Part shown: positions 37,520-47,607 of the stretch, piece by piece
Layout of the letters: every line of letters starts with the position of its first letter
Numbering within the stretch: the first letter of the stretch is position 1
Assembly (NCBI GenBank): GCA_963765865.1
Contig: CAVXYE010000007.1
Location: 277,923-341,922, forward strand
Reading direction: 5' to 3'
Length of the DNA stretch: 64,000 nt
Source: an uncultured Actinomycetes bacterium
Lineage (GTDB): Bacteria; Actinomycetota; UBA4738; HRBIN12
Made by a program: the position numbers and the translations under genes
The notes under the pieces: generated by a model
What the model was told of the DNA's origin: nothing
Database searches by the model: none
Seen by the model: the letters and a program-made list of their open reading frames with translations, nothing else

Positions 37520-38920
37520 TCAATACCGCCATCGATGCGCCCGAACCATGTCGGCCGGATCCATCGCAGCGAACAGGGCGTTCTCGCCGCGTCGGGTCGC
37601 GAGGAACGCGTCGAACAAGACGTCTCCCATCGCGCTTCGGATGACGGTCGATCGTTCGAGCTCGCGGATCGCGGCGCCGAGCGAGGACGGGAGCTGCCGG
37701 ATCCCCAGCGAGCGTCGTCGCGCCGCGGGGATCGCCGCCGGATCGTCGAGGATCGACTCGGGGAGCGCCAGCTCGCGTTCCACGCCGTCGATGCCGGCGG
37801 CGACGATCGCGCCGAGGGCGAGGTACGGGTTGGCCGCGGGATCCATCGACTTCAGCTCGAGGTTCGCCGCGTCCGGGCGGCTCCCGACCATCCCGGTCAC
37901 GAACCGCAGCGCGGCCTCCCGGTTCTCCCGTCCCCAGACGGCCCACGGACCGCTCCATCGGTGTGGCTGGAGCCGCTGGTAGCTCGCGACCGACGGAGCG
38001 GTGATCGCCGTGAGCGCGGGCAGCGATCCCAAGACGCCGGCCGTGAAGGCCTCGGCCTCGCGGGTCATGCCGTCCGGTCCACGGCCGCCGTTGAAGATGT
38101 TGCGACCGCGCCGGTTCCACAGGCTGAGGTGCAGGTGCGCTCCGTTGCCGACGAGCCCCGGGAACACGACCGGGGCGAACGAGGCGACGAACCCGTGGCT
38201 CCGGGCGACGGCGCGGATCGTCTGCCGCAGGACCAGGTTCGTATCGGCGACCGCGATCCCGGTGCCGTGCGGGATCGACACCTCGAGCTGTCCGGTCGAG
38301 TACTCCGGGTGGAACTGCATCACGCCCGTCCCTTGCTCCTCGAGGGCGCGGATCAACGCCGTCGCGAACGGCTCGACCTCGGCGAGGGCGATCGCGCTGT
38401 AGGCCGGCCCCGGGTGTGCGGGCTGCGGATCCTCCTGCGATCCATCCGTGGTCCGATGGCCGAGGAAGAACTCCATCTCGTAGGCGCCGCGCAGCTCGAG
38501 CCCGAAGCCCGCCAGCCGCTCGAGCATCCTCCTCGCGAACGTCCGGGTGCAGGCCGCGTACGGCTCTCCTTCTTGATCGAGCTGGTCGACCGGCGCGATC
38601 GCCCAGCCGGGGCTCGCCGCGAGCGGCGTCGTTGCCGCGGGGTCGGGCATCAGGCGCGTGTCGCCAGCCGGCCCGCCGAGGTCGGGCGACGACGTGATCG
38701 AATCATCGACGAGGAAGACGGAGAACACGGGCGACAGTCCGATCCCGAACCGGACGGCCTCCTCGAAGCGGTGCAGCGGGACGCACTTCACGAGCGTCAC
38801 CCCGGCGTTGTCGACCATCGCGAGCGCCACCATCTCGACGCCGGCGGCGGCGAGTCGCCGCGCCGCCTTCGCGGCAGCGGCGCCCGCGCCGCCACCCGCC
38901 GCTCTCGAACCGCCAGCCAT
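37520..38920 (-). CDS. Glutamine synthetase family protein (gamma-glutamyl ligase paralogue)
   Basis: ORF 37520..39943, trimmed to the ATG at 38920, 5 nt after the TAA of the upstream GS gene. Confidence 0.8.
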   Translation of the reverse strand: MAGGSRAAGGGAGAAAAKAARRLAAAGVEMVALAMVDNAGVTLVKCVPLHRFEEAVRFGIGLSPVFSVFLVDDSITSSPDLGGPAGDTRLMPDPAATTPLAASPGWAIAPVDQLDQEGEPYAACTRTFARRMLERLAGFGLELRGAYEMEFFLGHRTTDGSQEDPQPAHPGPAYSAIALAEVEPFATALIRALEEQGTGVMQFHPEYSTGQLEVSIPHGTGIAVADTNLVLRQTIRAVARSHGFVASFAPVVFPGLVGNGAHLHLSLWNRRGRNIFNGGRGPDGMTREAEAFTAGVLGSLPALTAITAPSVASYQRLQPHRWSGPWAVWGRENREAALRFVTGMVGSRPDAANLELKSMDPAANPYLALGAIVAAGIDGVERELALPESILDDPAAIPAARRRSLGIRQLPSSLGAAIRELERSTVIRSAMGDVLFDAFLATRRGENALFAAMDPADMVRAHRWRY

Positions 38921-38925
38921 CGGGC

Positions 38926-40254
38926 TTAGAACAGCTCCAGGTACTCGGCGCGCTCCCAGTCCGTGACCGAGTCCGTGAACCGGGAAAGCTCGTAGCGCCG
39001 CATGGCCGAGTACACGGTCACGAACTCTTCGCCGAAGAACTCCTTCGTCGCCGGCTCCTGTTCGAGCGCTTCCAGCGACTCCTCGAGCGCGATCGGGAGC
39101 TTCTCGAACGATGGATCCTCCTCGGCCGGGACGCCCGGCGTGGCCGGCTCGGGTGCGGGCAACCCCTCCTCGATGCCGCGCAGCCCCGCCTGGATCAACG
39201 CCGCCCCGACGAGGTAGGGGTTCGACAGCGCCGACGGCGCGCGGTACTCGATGTGCTTGTGCTCCGGGCCGCCGCCTTTCACCCGGACGAGCGCGGAGCG
39301 ATCCTCGAGGCCCCACGAGATGTTCGACGGACTGAACGTATGCGGCCGGCGCCGCCGGAGACAGTTCACGGTCGGAGCGATCACCGCGTCGAACGCGCGC
39401 GCGTACTTCAGGATCCCGGCGATGAACGAGCGACACGTGTCGGTCATCCCGTACGGGTCGTCGGCGTCGCCGAACGCGTTCTTCCCCGAGTCCGCGGAGA
39501 GCAGCGACAGGTGGGTGTGACACCCGCTCCCCGAATGATCCGCCCACGGTTTCGTCATGAACGTCGCGAGGTAGCCGTCCTGCTTCGCGATCTCCTTGAC
39601 CCCGTTCTTGAACGTGAAGGCGTCGTCCGGACCCGCGAGGCCGCGGCCGGGCGCGAAGTTGATCTCCCACTGCGACCCGGCGTACTCGCAGTTCGCGGTG
39701 ATGATGTCCACCCCGACCTTCGGCATCTCCTCGATGATCCGGCGGATCGTCGGGACGTAGTCGTTCCGGACGGTGTTGAAGATGTGATAGCCGTCGAAGA
39801 GCGGCTCGTGGGTGTCCCCCGTCAGGAGATAGAACTCGAACTCCGAGCCCATCAGCGTGTCGAACCCCATCGCACGAGCCTTCTCGAGCGCACGACGGAA
39901 GACGGAGCGAGGGGTCGCCGCCAGCGGCGTCCCGTCGTACCACTGCGCGTCACAGATGAACCTCGCCGTTCGGTCCATCCACGGGATCACCGCGGCCGAG
40001 TCCGGGTCGGGGAACAGCAACTGGTCGCCGTACCCCTTCTTGTCGTGGTACAGGGTGCCCGGGACGACGTCCGATCTCGTGTCGAGGACGCTCGCTCCCC
40101 CGTACATGTTGAGCCCGCGCTCGGCGTAGTCGAACGCGTGGGCGATCGGGATCGTCTTCGATCGCGAGATGCCGTGCATGTCGGGGAGCTCGAAGCGGAC
40201 GAATCCGATCCCGTCCGACTGCCAGCCCCCGAGGATCTCCCTGACGTCGCTCAT
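38926..40254 (-). CDS. Glutamine synthetase family protein (gamma-glutamyl ligase paralogue)
   Basis: ATG at 40254 with SD GGAAGGAGccggcATG. GS beta-grasp and catalytic domains. Confidence 0.85.
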   Translation of the reverse strand: MSDVREILGGWQSDGIGFVRFELPDMHGISRSKTIPIAHAFDYAERGLNMYGGASVLDTRSDVVPGTLYHDKKGYGDQLLFPDPDSAAVIPWMDRTARFICDAQWYDGTPLAATPRSVFRRALEKARAMGFDTLMGSEFEFYLLTGDTHEPLFDGYHIFNTVRNDYVPTIRRIIEEMPKVGVDIITANCEYAGSQWEINFAPGRGLAGPDDAFTFKNGVKEIAKQDGYLATFMTKPWADHSGSGCHTHLSLLSADSGKNAFGDADDPYGMTDTCRSFIAGILKYARAFDAVIAPTVNCLRRRRPHTFSPSNISWGLEDRSALVRVKGGGPEHKHIEYRAPSALSNPYLVGAALIQAGLRGIEEGLPAPEPATPGVPAEEDPSFEKLPIALEESLEALEQEPATKEFFGEEFVTVYSAMRRYELSRFTDSVTDWERAEYLELF

Positions 40255-40321
40255 GCCGGCTCCTTCCGTCCCGCGCAACGGCTCCCGGTGTGGTGGGTAT
40301 ACCTTGACGGCCCATTGGTCC

Positions 40322-40336
40322 GCAACGGGGCGTTGC
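40322..40336. promoter_or_regulatory. Perfect inverted repeat GCAACG-GGG-CGTTGC in the divergent GS/aminotransferase promoter region
   Basis: Lies next to an 8-bp palindrome GGTATACC (40295-40302) and a TTGACG -35-like hexamer. Confidence 0.3.
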
Positions 40337-40397
40337 CCTACGCTAGGCGGAAGGCGGGACCGTGCGGGCAGGCACGGCCCGCGTGAAGGGGAGCCGG

Positions 40398-41774
40398 ATG
40401 GCCGACGCGTCGATCCAGAGCGAGCGAACGCACGTCTTCCCGCTCGAGCTCGGACGGGCCATGCCGGTCATCGCCCGCGGCGACGGCGTCTGGATCGAGG
40501 ACACCGCCGGTCGTCGGTACCTGGACGCGATGAGCGGCGGTTCGATGGCGGCGACGCTCGGCCACGGCCGCCGCGACATCATCGAGGCCGCCCGCGTCCA
40601 GGCCGGGAAGCTCGCCTACGCGCACAACGAACGGCTCACGAACCCGCTCCAGGAACGGCTGGCGAACGAGCTGATCGCGGTCGCTCCGGAAGGGTTCGGT
40701 CGCGTGAAGTTCACGGTCGCCGGAGCGGACGCCATCGAGATGGCGATCCAGCTCGCCCGGAGCTATCACGTCGAGCGAGGCGAGGGCGATCGCTGGCAGG
40801 TGATCTCGCCGGCGCAGGCGTATCACGGCCCCACGATGGAGACCCTCGCCCTCACGGGACGACCCGGGCTGCACGGCCCGTTCGGCCCCTACCTGCCCCA
40901 ACACCTCCATATCCCGCCGAGCACGTGGCGGTTCGACCCGAGCGGCGAAGCGGCGCTCGAGGCTCTCGATCGCGCCCTCGAGCAAGCAGGTCCGGGGAAC
41001 GTCTCCGCGTTCTTCTGCGAGGCGATCAGCGCCGCCGCCCTGCCCGCCTACACCCCGCCACGCCGCTTCTGGGAGGGCCTCGCCGAGCGCCGCGAGCGCT
41101 TCGGCTTCCTCGTGTGCTTCGACGAGGTCGTGACCGGCGTCGGCCGCACGGGGAACTGGTTCGCCGGCGCGGCGACCGCGTGCGTCCCCGACATCATCGC
41201 GACCGCGAAGGGGCTCGGAGCCGGCTACGCGGCGATCGGGGCGGTGCTCGTCCGCGAGCACGTCTACGACGCCGTCGCCGGGGGATCGCGACGCTTCACC
41301 CCCGGGCACACCTGGGACGGGGCCCCGCTCGCAGCGGCGGTCGGTCTCGCGGTGTTGGAGGCGCTGCGGTCGGAGCGGCTCGTGGAACGGGTCCGGGACC
41401 GGGGACCGAGCCTGCGGGATGAGCTCGAACGCGCGCTGGCCGGCATCCCCTTGGTTCGCGAGGTGCGTGGCCACGGCTACCTGCTCGGGGTGGAGTACGT
41501 CGATCCGCGCGACAACACCTCGTTCCTGCCGCGCGAGCTACGGGTCGCCGGACGGATCGACGACGTCGCGTTCGAGCGGGGCCTGATCACCCTGTCCACG
41601 CAACCGACGCGCGACGGCTTCGCGGGGGATCAGTCGTTGTTCGCCCCGGCGTTCACGGCGACGGACGAGGAGCTCGCGGAGATGGTTTCCCGGTTCGCCG
41701 AGGTGGTCGGTCACGTCGCGGAGGACGTCGAGCGAGAGCTCTCGATCCTGTCCACCAGCGGAGGTCCCCGATGA
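40398..41774 (+). CDS. Class III (omega) aminotransferase, PLP-dependent
   Basis: ORF 40362..41774, trimmed to the ATG at 40398. Confidence 0.85.
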   Translation: MADASIQSERTHVFPLELGRAMPVIARGDGVWIEDTAGRRYLDAMSGGSMAATLGHGRRDIIEAARVQAGKLAYAHNERLTNPLQERLANELIAVAPEGFGRVKFTVAGADAIEMAIQLARSYHVERGEGDRWQVISPAQAYHGPTMETLALTGRPGLHGPFGPYLPQHLHIPPSTWRFDPSGEAALEALDRALEQAGPGNVSAFFCEAISAAALPAYTPPRRFWEGLAERRERFGFLVCFDEVVTGVGRTGNWFAGAATACVPDIIATAKGLGAGYAAIGAVLVREHVYDAVAGGSRRFTPGHTWDGAPLAAAVGLAVLEALRSERLVERVRDRGPSLRDELERALAGIPLVREVRGHGYLLGVEYVDPRDNTSFLPRELRVAGRIDDVAFERGLITLSTQPTRDGFAGDQSLFAPAFTATDEELAEMVSRFAEVVGHVAEDVERELSILSTSGGPR

Positions 41775-42499
41775 CCCCTCCCGATGCGACTGCCACCCCG
41801 ATGCGGGCCCTGATCCTCCAGCACGAGGAGCCCACGCCGCCGGGCCTCGTCACCGAGTGGCTCGGTGGCCACGGCGCGAGCGTCGAGACGTTCCGGATCG
41901 ACGTCCACGACCGCGAGGTGGATCCGACCCGCTACGACCTCATCGTGTCGCTGGGGTCGGAGTTCGCCGCGTTCGACGACACGAAGCCGTTCGTCCCCCG
42001 CGAGGCGAGCCTGCTGCGACGAGCGGTGGACGCGGAGGTGCCGGTGCTCGGTCTCTGCTTCGGCGGTCAGATGCTCGCGCGCGTCCTCGGCGGCGAGGTG
42101 TATCGCTCGTCCGACTCGGAGATCGGCTGGCTCCCGGTGAAGAGCACCGACCCCGAGATGGTGCCGGAAGGACCGTGGTTCCAGTGGCACTTCGACACGT
42201 TCGCGCTTCCGCCCGGAGCGACCCTGATGGCCGAGACGGACGTTGGCCCACAGGCCTTCGTGATGGGTCGGAGCCTCGGGCTGCAGTTCCATCCCGAGGT
42301 CACGACCGACATCATGACCGACTGGGTGCGCGAGTACCGCCACGAGCTCGACGCGGACGGCGTGGATCCGGACGCCCTGCTCGAGGAGACGAAGCGACGT
42401 GCCGTGGACAGCAAGCGGATGTCGTTGCGGCTCATGGACTGGTTCCTCCGCGATGTCGCGCGACTCCACCCGGGCCGTTCGCGGGCGACCCTCGGCTGA
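41771..42499 (+). CDS. Class I glutamine amidotransferase-like protein
   Basis: 242 aa. GLCFGGQ catalytic Cys and HPE motif. ATGA overlap with the upstream aminotransferase. Confidence 0.8.
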   Translation: MTPPDATATPMRALILQHEEPTPPGLVTEWLGGHGASVETFRIDVHDREVDPTRYDLIVSLGSEFAAFDDTKPFVPREASLLRRAVDAEVPVLGLCFGGQMLARVLGGEVYRSSDSEIGWLPVKSTDPEMVPEGPWFQWHFDTFALPPGATLMAETDVGPQAFVMGRSLGLQFHPEVTTDIMTDWVREYRHELDADGVDPDALLEETKRRAVDSKRMSLRLMDWFLRDVARLHPGRSRATLG

Positions 42500-42509
42500 G
42501 GAGACGACG

Positions 42510-43866
42510 ATGGAGGGGGCGGTCCGGTCGGAGGACACGAAGGTGTTCCCCCGCTTCCTCGACCTGCCGTACCCGAGCATCGAACGAGGCGACGGGGTCT
42601 GGCTCACCACGACCGACGGCCGGCGCATCCTCGACGCCTGCTCCGGCGGCGCCATGGTCGCGTGTCTGGGACACGGTGTCCCCGCGGTCGTCGCGGCGGC
42701 GGCCGGACAGGCCGAGGCCATCTCGTACTTCTACAACCACCATTTCACGAACGAGCCGCAGGAGCGGCTCGCCGACCGTCTGCTGGAGATCGCGGCCCCG
42801 GAGATGGCGCGGATCCGGTTCGTCTCGGGTGGCTCCGAAGCCAACGAGACGGCGCTACAGCTCGCGCGGCTCTACCACGTGGAGCGAGGCGATGCGGACC
42901 GCTGGCGGGTGATCTCCCCCGCGCAGGCCTACCACGGTTCCACGATGGGAACGCTCGCCCTGAGCGGCCGTCGCACGCTGCAGGAGCCGTACACCCCGTA
43001 CCTCGCGCACCACCTGCACCTCGAGCCATCGACGTGGCGGTTCGACCCGACCGGCGAGGCCGCGCTGCGACGACTCGACGAACTCCTCGACGAGGCCGGG
43101 CCGGAGACGATCGCGGCGTTCTTCTGCGAGCCCGTGAGCGCAGCGGCGTTGCCCGCCTACTCGCCGCCGGAAGCGTTCTGGCGCGGGCTGGACGAGCGGC
43201 GCGCGGAGCACGGCTTCTTGATCTGCTTCGACGAAGTGGTCACCGGGATGGGACGCACCGGGACGTGGCTCGCCGCTCATCAGCTGCCGATCGAGCCCGA
43301 CATCGTGACCGTCGGCAAGGGCCTCGGGGCCGGATACGCGCCACTCGGCGGGGTGTTCTGCAGGCAGGACGTGTACGACGCGATCGATCGCGGGTCGCGC
43401 GAGTTCGACCTGGGGCATACGTGGGACGGCGCCCCGGTGTCGTCCGCCGTCGGCTTGGCGGTCCTCGATCTCCTCGTCGAACGGGCACCTGGTGGAACGG
43501 GTCCACGACCGGGGACCCCGCCTGCGCGACGAGCTCGAAGCGGCGCTCGAAGGCTCCGAGATCGTCAAAGAGGTGCGGGGGCGCGGGTTCCTGCTGGGTG
43601 TGGAGCTCGTCGACCCGCGCGACGGCGAGTCGTTCCTCCCGGTCGAGCTGGACGCGGCGTCGCTCGTGGACGACGCCGCGTTCGAACGTGAGCTCCTCGT
43701 CACGTCGACCCATCCACAGGCCGACGGCTTCGCCGGCGACCAGACGCTCCTCGCTCCCGCGTACACGAGCTCGGACCACGAGCTGGGAGCGATGGTCGAC
43801 CGTTTCGCCGCCACGATCGAGGACGTGGAGGGCGCGATCAAGGACGCCTTGACGAGGACCGCATGA
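42510..43866 (+). CDS. Class III aminotransferase paralogue with an apparent +1 frameshift at a GGG run near 43483-43485
   Basis: Frame 0 reads ...AVLDLLVER then turns to R/G/P junk. Frame +1 continues as HLVERVHDRGPRLRDELEAAL..., colinear with the paralogue at 40398. Confidence 0.7.
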
Positions 43867-45152
43867 GCGCCGGCTCGGGTGAGGAGTTCGTCCTCCTCGG
43901 GATCCCCGACGTCAACGGCTCGATCCGAGGGAAGGCGCTCCGGCCGGATGCGTTCGACTCGGCCGTCAAGCACGGAACGGTGATGACGGACCTGATCCTC
44001 GGGCTCGATCCCGTGGACACGCCCATCACCGACTACGAACGCTTCGGGATCCGGACGGGGGCAGCGGACCTGATCGTTCGCCCGGACGTCGAGACACTCC
44101 GGGATCTGGCGTGGCGGCCGGGCTGGCGTGTCTGCCTGGCCACCCCCAGCTGGCCCGACGGTTCACCGTGCGACTTCGCGACGCGCGAGGTCCTCCGGCG
44201 GGTCCTCGCCGACGCGGAAGATCTGGGGTACGAGGTGATGTCCGCGATCGAGTACGAGATCCGGATCTGGGATGCCCAGGGAAGCCCGACGTCGAGCGGT
44301 ATCAGCTACAGCCTGAACGAGATCGGAGGCTACGACCGATTCCTCGACGAGCTCGTCCGCGCCGTGGAAGGGCTCGGGATCGAGCTCTCCGCGGTCCATA
44401 CCGAGGCGGGCCCGGGCCTGTTGGAGCTCAACCTCGGCGCGCGGCGAGGGCTCGCGGCTGCCGATGACGCCGCCCTCCTGAAGTTCGGGGTCAAGCGGCT
44501 GGCCGCATCGTTGGGCTTGCGCGCCAGTTTCCTGGCGAAGACCGCACCCGGAGAGGAGGGGTCGAGCGGACACGTCCACATGTCGTGGTGGCAGGGCGGA
44601 ACCAGCGCGTTCGCATCCGGCGGCCGCGATGCTGCGATCCCCGCTGTGTTCGGGTCGGCGATCGCCGGCGTCCTGGAACACCTCCCGGCAGCCTCCCTGC
44701 TGTTGAACCCGACGATCAATTCGTACAAGCGCCTCGTTCCCGGATGGTTCGCGCCGATCAACGCGACCTGGGGCTACGACAACCGTTCGTGTGCGGTGCG
44801 CGCGATCCGCTCGGACCGACCGGAGCTCTGGCGGTTCGAGTGCCGTCGGCCCGGCGCCGACGCCAACCCCTACCTGGCGCTCGCCGCGATCGGCGCGTCG
44901 GCGGCGGACGGGATCCGCAAGGGGATCGATCCGCCGGACCCCGTCGTCGGAGACGCGTACGCCAGCGAGCTCCCCGAGCTGCCGTCCTCGCTCGAGTCGG
45001 CCCTCCGGGCCTTCGAGACCGACGACGTGTTGCGGGGGTCGCTGGGGAAGGACTTCGGCGACTACTACGCGACGTCTCGGGGATGGGAGCTCAAGGCCTG
45101 GCGCGAGACGGTCACGGACTGGGAGCGCGCGCGGTACGACCGATCCGTCTAG
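43863..45152 (+). CDS. Glutamine synthetase family protein (fourth paralogue)
   Basis: 429 aa GS catalytic domain. ATGA overlap with the aminotransferase. Confidence 0.85.
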   Translation: MSAGSGEEFVLLGIPDVNGSIRGKALRPDAFDSAVKHGTVMTDLILGLDPVDTPITDYERFGIRTGAADLIVRPDVETLRDLAWRPGWRVCLATPSWPDGSPCDFATREVLRRVLADAEDLGYEVMSAIEYEIRIWDAQGSPTSSGISYSLNEIGGYDRFLDELVRAVEGLGIELSAVHTEAGPGLLELNLGARRGLAAADDAALLKFGVKRLAASLGLRASFLAKTAPGEEGSSGHVHMSWWQGGTSAFASGGRDAAIPAVFGSAIAGVLEHLPAASLLLNPTINSYKRLVPGWFAPINATWGYDNRSCAVRAIRSDRPELWRFECRRPGADANPYLALAAIGASAADGIRKGIDPPDPVVGDAYASELPELPSSLESALRAFETDDVLRGSLGKDFGDYYATSRGWELKAWRETVTDWERARYDRSV

Positions 45153-45164
45153 CGGCCGCGCTCG

Positions 45165-47552
45165 CTACGTGAACGCGCGGATCCCGGTGAGGAGCTGGCC
45201 GATCACGAGGGTGTGGATCTCCTCGGTCCCCTCGTAGGTGAGGACGGACTCGAGGTTCGTCATGTGGCGCATGATCGGGTACTCGAGCGTGATGCCGTTC
45301 GCTCCGAGGACCCCGCGGGACATCCGCGCGATCGCGATGGCCTCACGGGTGTTGTTGAGCTTCCCGAGCGACACCTGTTCGGCGCGGAGCCGGCCCTCCT
45401 CCTTCATCCTGCCGAGCTGGTAGGCGAGGAGCGTGCCCTTCGTCAGCTCGACCGCCATGTCCGTCAGCTTCTTCTGCGTCAGCTGGAACGAGGCGATCGG
45501 CCGGTCGAACTGCACGCGCTCCTTCGCGTAGGTGAGGGCGGTCTCGAAGCACGACCGCGCCGCGCCCATCACTCCCCACACGATCCCGTACCGCGCCTCG
45601 TTGAGGCAGCTCAGCGGGCCGCGCAACCCTTCGACGCCGGGGAGGATCGCGTCCGCGGGGAGCCGCACGTCATCCATCACCAGCTCCGAGGTCACCGAGG
45701 CGCGCAGCGACATCTTCCGGTGGATGTCGGGCGCGCTGAACCCGGGCAGGTCGCACGGCACCAGGAAGCCGCGGATCCCGTCGTCGGTGTTCGCCCAGAC
45801 GACGGCCACGTCGGACACCCCGCCGTTCGTGATCCACATCTTCGTTCCGCTCACGATCCAATCGTCGCCGTCGCGGCGCGCGGTCGTTCGCATGGATCCC
45901 GGATCGCTCCCGCTGTCGGGCTCCGAGAGACCGAAGCAGCCGATCGCGTCCCCGCTCGCCATCCGCGGCAACCAGTGCGCCTTCTGCTCGTCGGAGCCGA
46001 ACGCATGGATCGCGTACATCGCCAGCGCGCTCTGCACGGAGACGAACGATCGCAGCCCGGAGTCGCCGGCCTCGAGCTCCAGCTCGACCAACCCGTAGGC
46101 GACCGCGCCGAGGTCCCCGATCCCCGGCAGCTGCATCCCGAAGAACCCGAGCTCGCCGAGCTCCTTGGCCAGCTCCCGCGCGGGGAACTCGCCGCGTTCG
46201 TACCAGTCGTCGACCTCCGGCAGGATGCGGTCGTGCACCCATTCGCGGGCGAGGTCCCGGATCTGGCGCTCCTCGTCCGAGAGCAGCGCATCCAGGTCCA
46301 GCAGATCCGACGGCTTGAGGTCGCTCATGGCTTCTCCTTGGCGTTCCCGGAGTTCTCCCCTGCCGGGTTCTCCCCTGATGGTCCCACGAGAGACGTCCTT
46401 CTCGCGCGCCCGGCCGAGGACCTCGCCGGTGTGCTCGCCCAGGGACGGCGGCGGCAGGTCGTAGCGGATCGGCGTCAACGACATGCGGAGCGGGTTGGCC
46501 ACCGTGTCGACCTCGATCCCGTCGCGACGCTGAAGCGTCGCGACGGGATCGAGGCCGACCGTCCGGGCGTAGGCGAAGGCCTCGGCCACATCGTGGACGA
46601 CGCCGCACGGGATCCCGTCCCGCCGCAAGAGGTCGACCCAGGAGGCCGCGGACGCGGATCGCAGGCGCGCCTCCAACGCGCCGACGAGCGCGTCCCGGTT
46701 CGTCACCCGATCGCCGTTGGTCGCGAAGCTCGGGTCGTCGGCGAGCGACTCGACGCCCAACGACCGGCAGAGCGTCCGGAACTGCCCGTCGTTGCCCACC
46801 GCGATCACGATGGGCCCGTCGGACGTGGCGAACGTCTCGTAGGGGGCGATGCTCGGGTGCCGATTCCCCATCCGATGGGGGACGACGCCCGCCGTCAGGT
46901 ACCCGCTCGCCTGGTTGACGAGCGAGAACAACGTGGTCGACAGCAGATCGACCTCGACGAGCTGACCCTCGCCGGTCCGTTCACGGTGGCGGAGCGCTGC
47001 CACGATCCCGATCGCCGCGTGCAGACCCGCCATCACGTCCACGAGCGCCACGCCGACCTTCCGAGGCTCGCCCTCGGGATCACCCGTGACGCTCATCAGG
47101 CCGCCGACCGCCTGCGCCAGGAAGTCGTAGCCGGCGACGTCCCCGCGACCGATCCCCAGGATGCTGCAGTACACGACGGCTGGGTTCGAAGCCCGGACCG
47201 CCGGCTCGTCCAGACCGAGGCGGTGCATCACGCCGGGTCGGAAGTTCTCGATCACGACGTCGGCCCGCCGGGCGAGATCCTTGGCGGCGTCCAGGTCCGT
47301 CGGGTCCTTGAGATCGAGGGTCACGCTCCGCTTGTTCCGGTTCAGCCCCAGGTAGTAGCTGGCATCGCCCTCCGGGGACCACGGCGGGCCCCACGCGCGC
47401 GTGTCGTCGCCGCCGTCCGGGTGCTCCACCTTGACGACCTCGGCCCCGAGGTCACCGAGGATCATCGTCGCGAGCGGTCCGGCCAGGACGCGGGAGAAGT
47501 CGGCGACGAGGACGCCGTCGAGAGCGCTCGGTGGTCGAACCTCGTCAGGCAC
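45165..47552 (-). CDS. Single 795-aa reading frame: family III CoA-transferase (CaiB/BaiF, N-terminal ~395 aa) fused in frame to acyl-CoA dehydrogenase (glutaryl-CoA-DH-like, C-terminal 387 aa from the ATG at 46328)
   Basis: No stop in any minus-strand frame between 46329 and 46440. The junction carries a tandem repeat GTTCTCCCCTG x2 and a perfect internal RBS (AAGGAGaagccATG) in front of the ACAD domain. Confidence 0.7.
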   Translation of the reverse strand: MPDEVRPPSALDGVLVADFSRVLAGPLATMILGDLGAEVVKVEHPDGGDDTRAWGPPWSPEGDASYYLGLNRNKRSVTLDLKDPTDLDAAKDLARRADVVIENFRPGVMHRLGLDEPAVRASNPAVVYCSILGIGRGDVAGYDFLAQAVGGLMSVTGDPEGEPRKVGVALVDVMAGLHAAIGIVAALRHRERTGEGQLVEVDLLSTTLFSLVNQASGYLTAGVVPHRMGNRHPSIAPYETFATSDGPIVIAVGNDGQFRTLCRSLGVESLADDPSFATNGDRVTNRDALVGALEARLRSASAASWVDLLRRDGIPCGVVHDVAEAFAYARTVGLDPVATLQRRDGIEVDTVANPLRMSLTPIRYDLPPPSLGEHTGEVLGRAREKDVSRGTIRGEPGRGELRERQGEAMSDLKPSDLLDLDALLSDEERQIRDLAREWVHDRILPEVDDWYERGEFPARELAKELGELGFFGMQLPGIGDLGAVAYGLVELELEAGDSGLRSFVSVQSALAMYAIHAFGSDEQKAHWLPRMASGDAIGCFGLSEPDSGSDPGSMRTTARRDGDDWIVSGTKMWITNGGVSDVAVVWANTDDGIRGFLVPCDLPGFSAPDIHRKMSLRASVTSELVMDDVRLPADAILPGVEGLRGPLSCLNEARYGIVWGVMGAARSCFETALTYAKERVQFDRPIASFQLTQKKLTDMAVELTKGTLLAYQLGRMKEEGRLRAEQVSLGKLNNTREAIAIARMSRGVLGANGITLEYPIMRHMTNLESVLTYEGTEEIHTLVIGQLLTGIRAFT

Positions 47553-47607
47553 GGGTCAGACTGTATCCGTGCGCCCCTCGATGGGGCGTGCCCGGTAGGC
47601 TGCGACG

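Noticed and set aside
47553-47607. Small 6-bp hairpin CGCCCC-TCGAT-GGGGCG between the divergent CoA-transferase and etfB genes
   Set aside because: Stem too short to call a terminator or operator with confidence.
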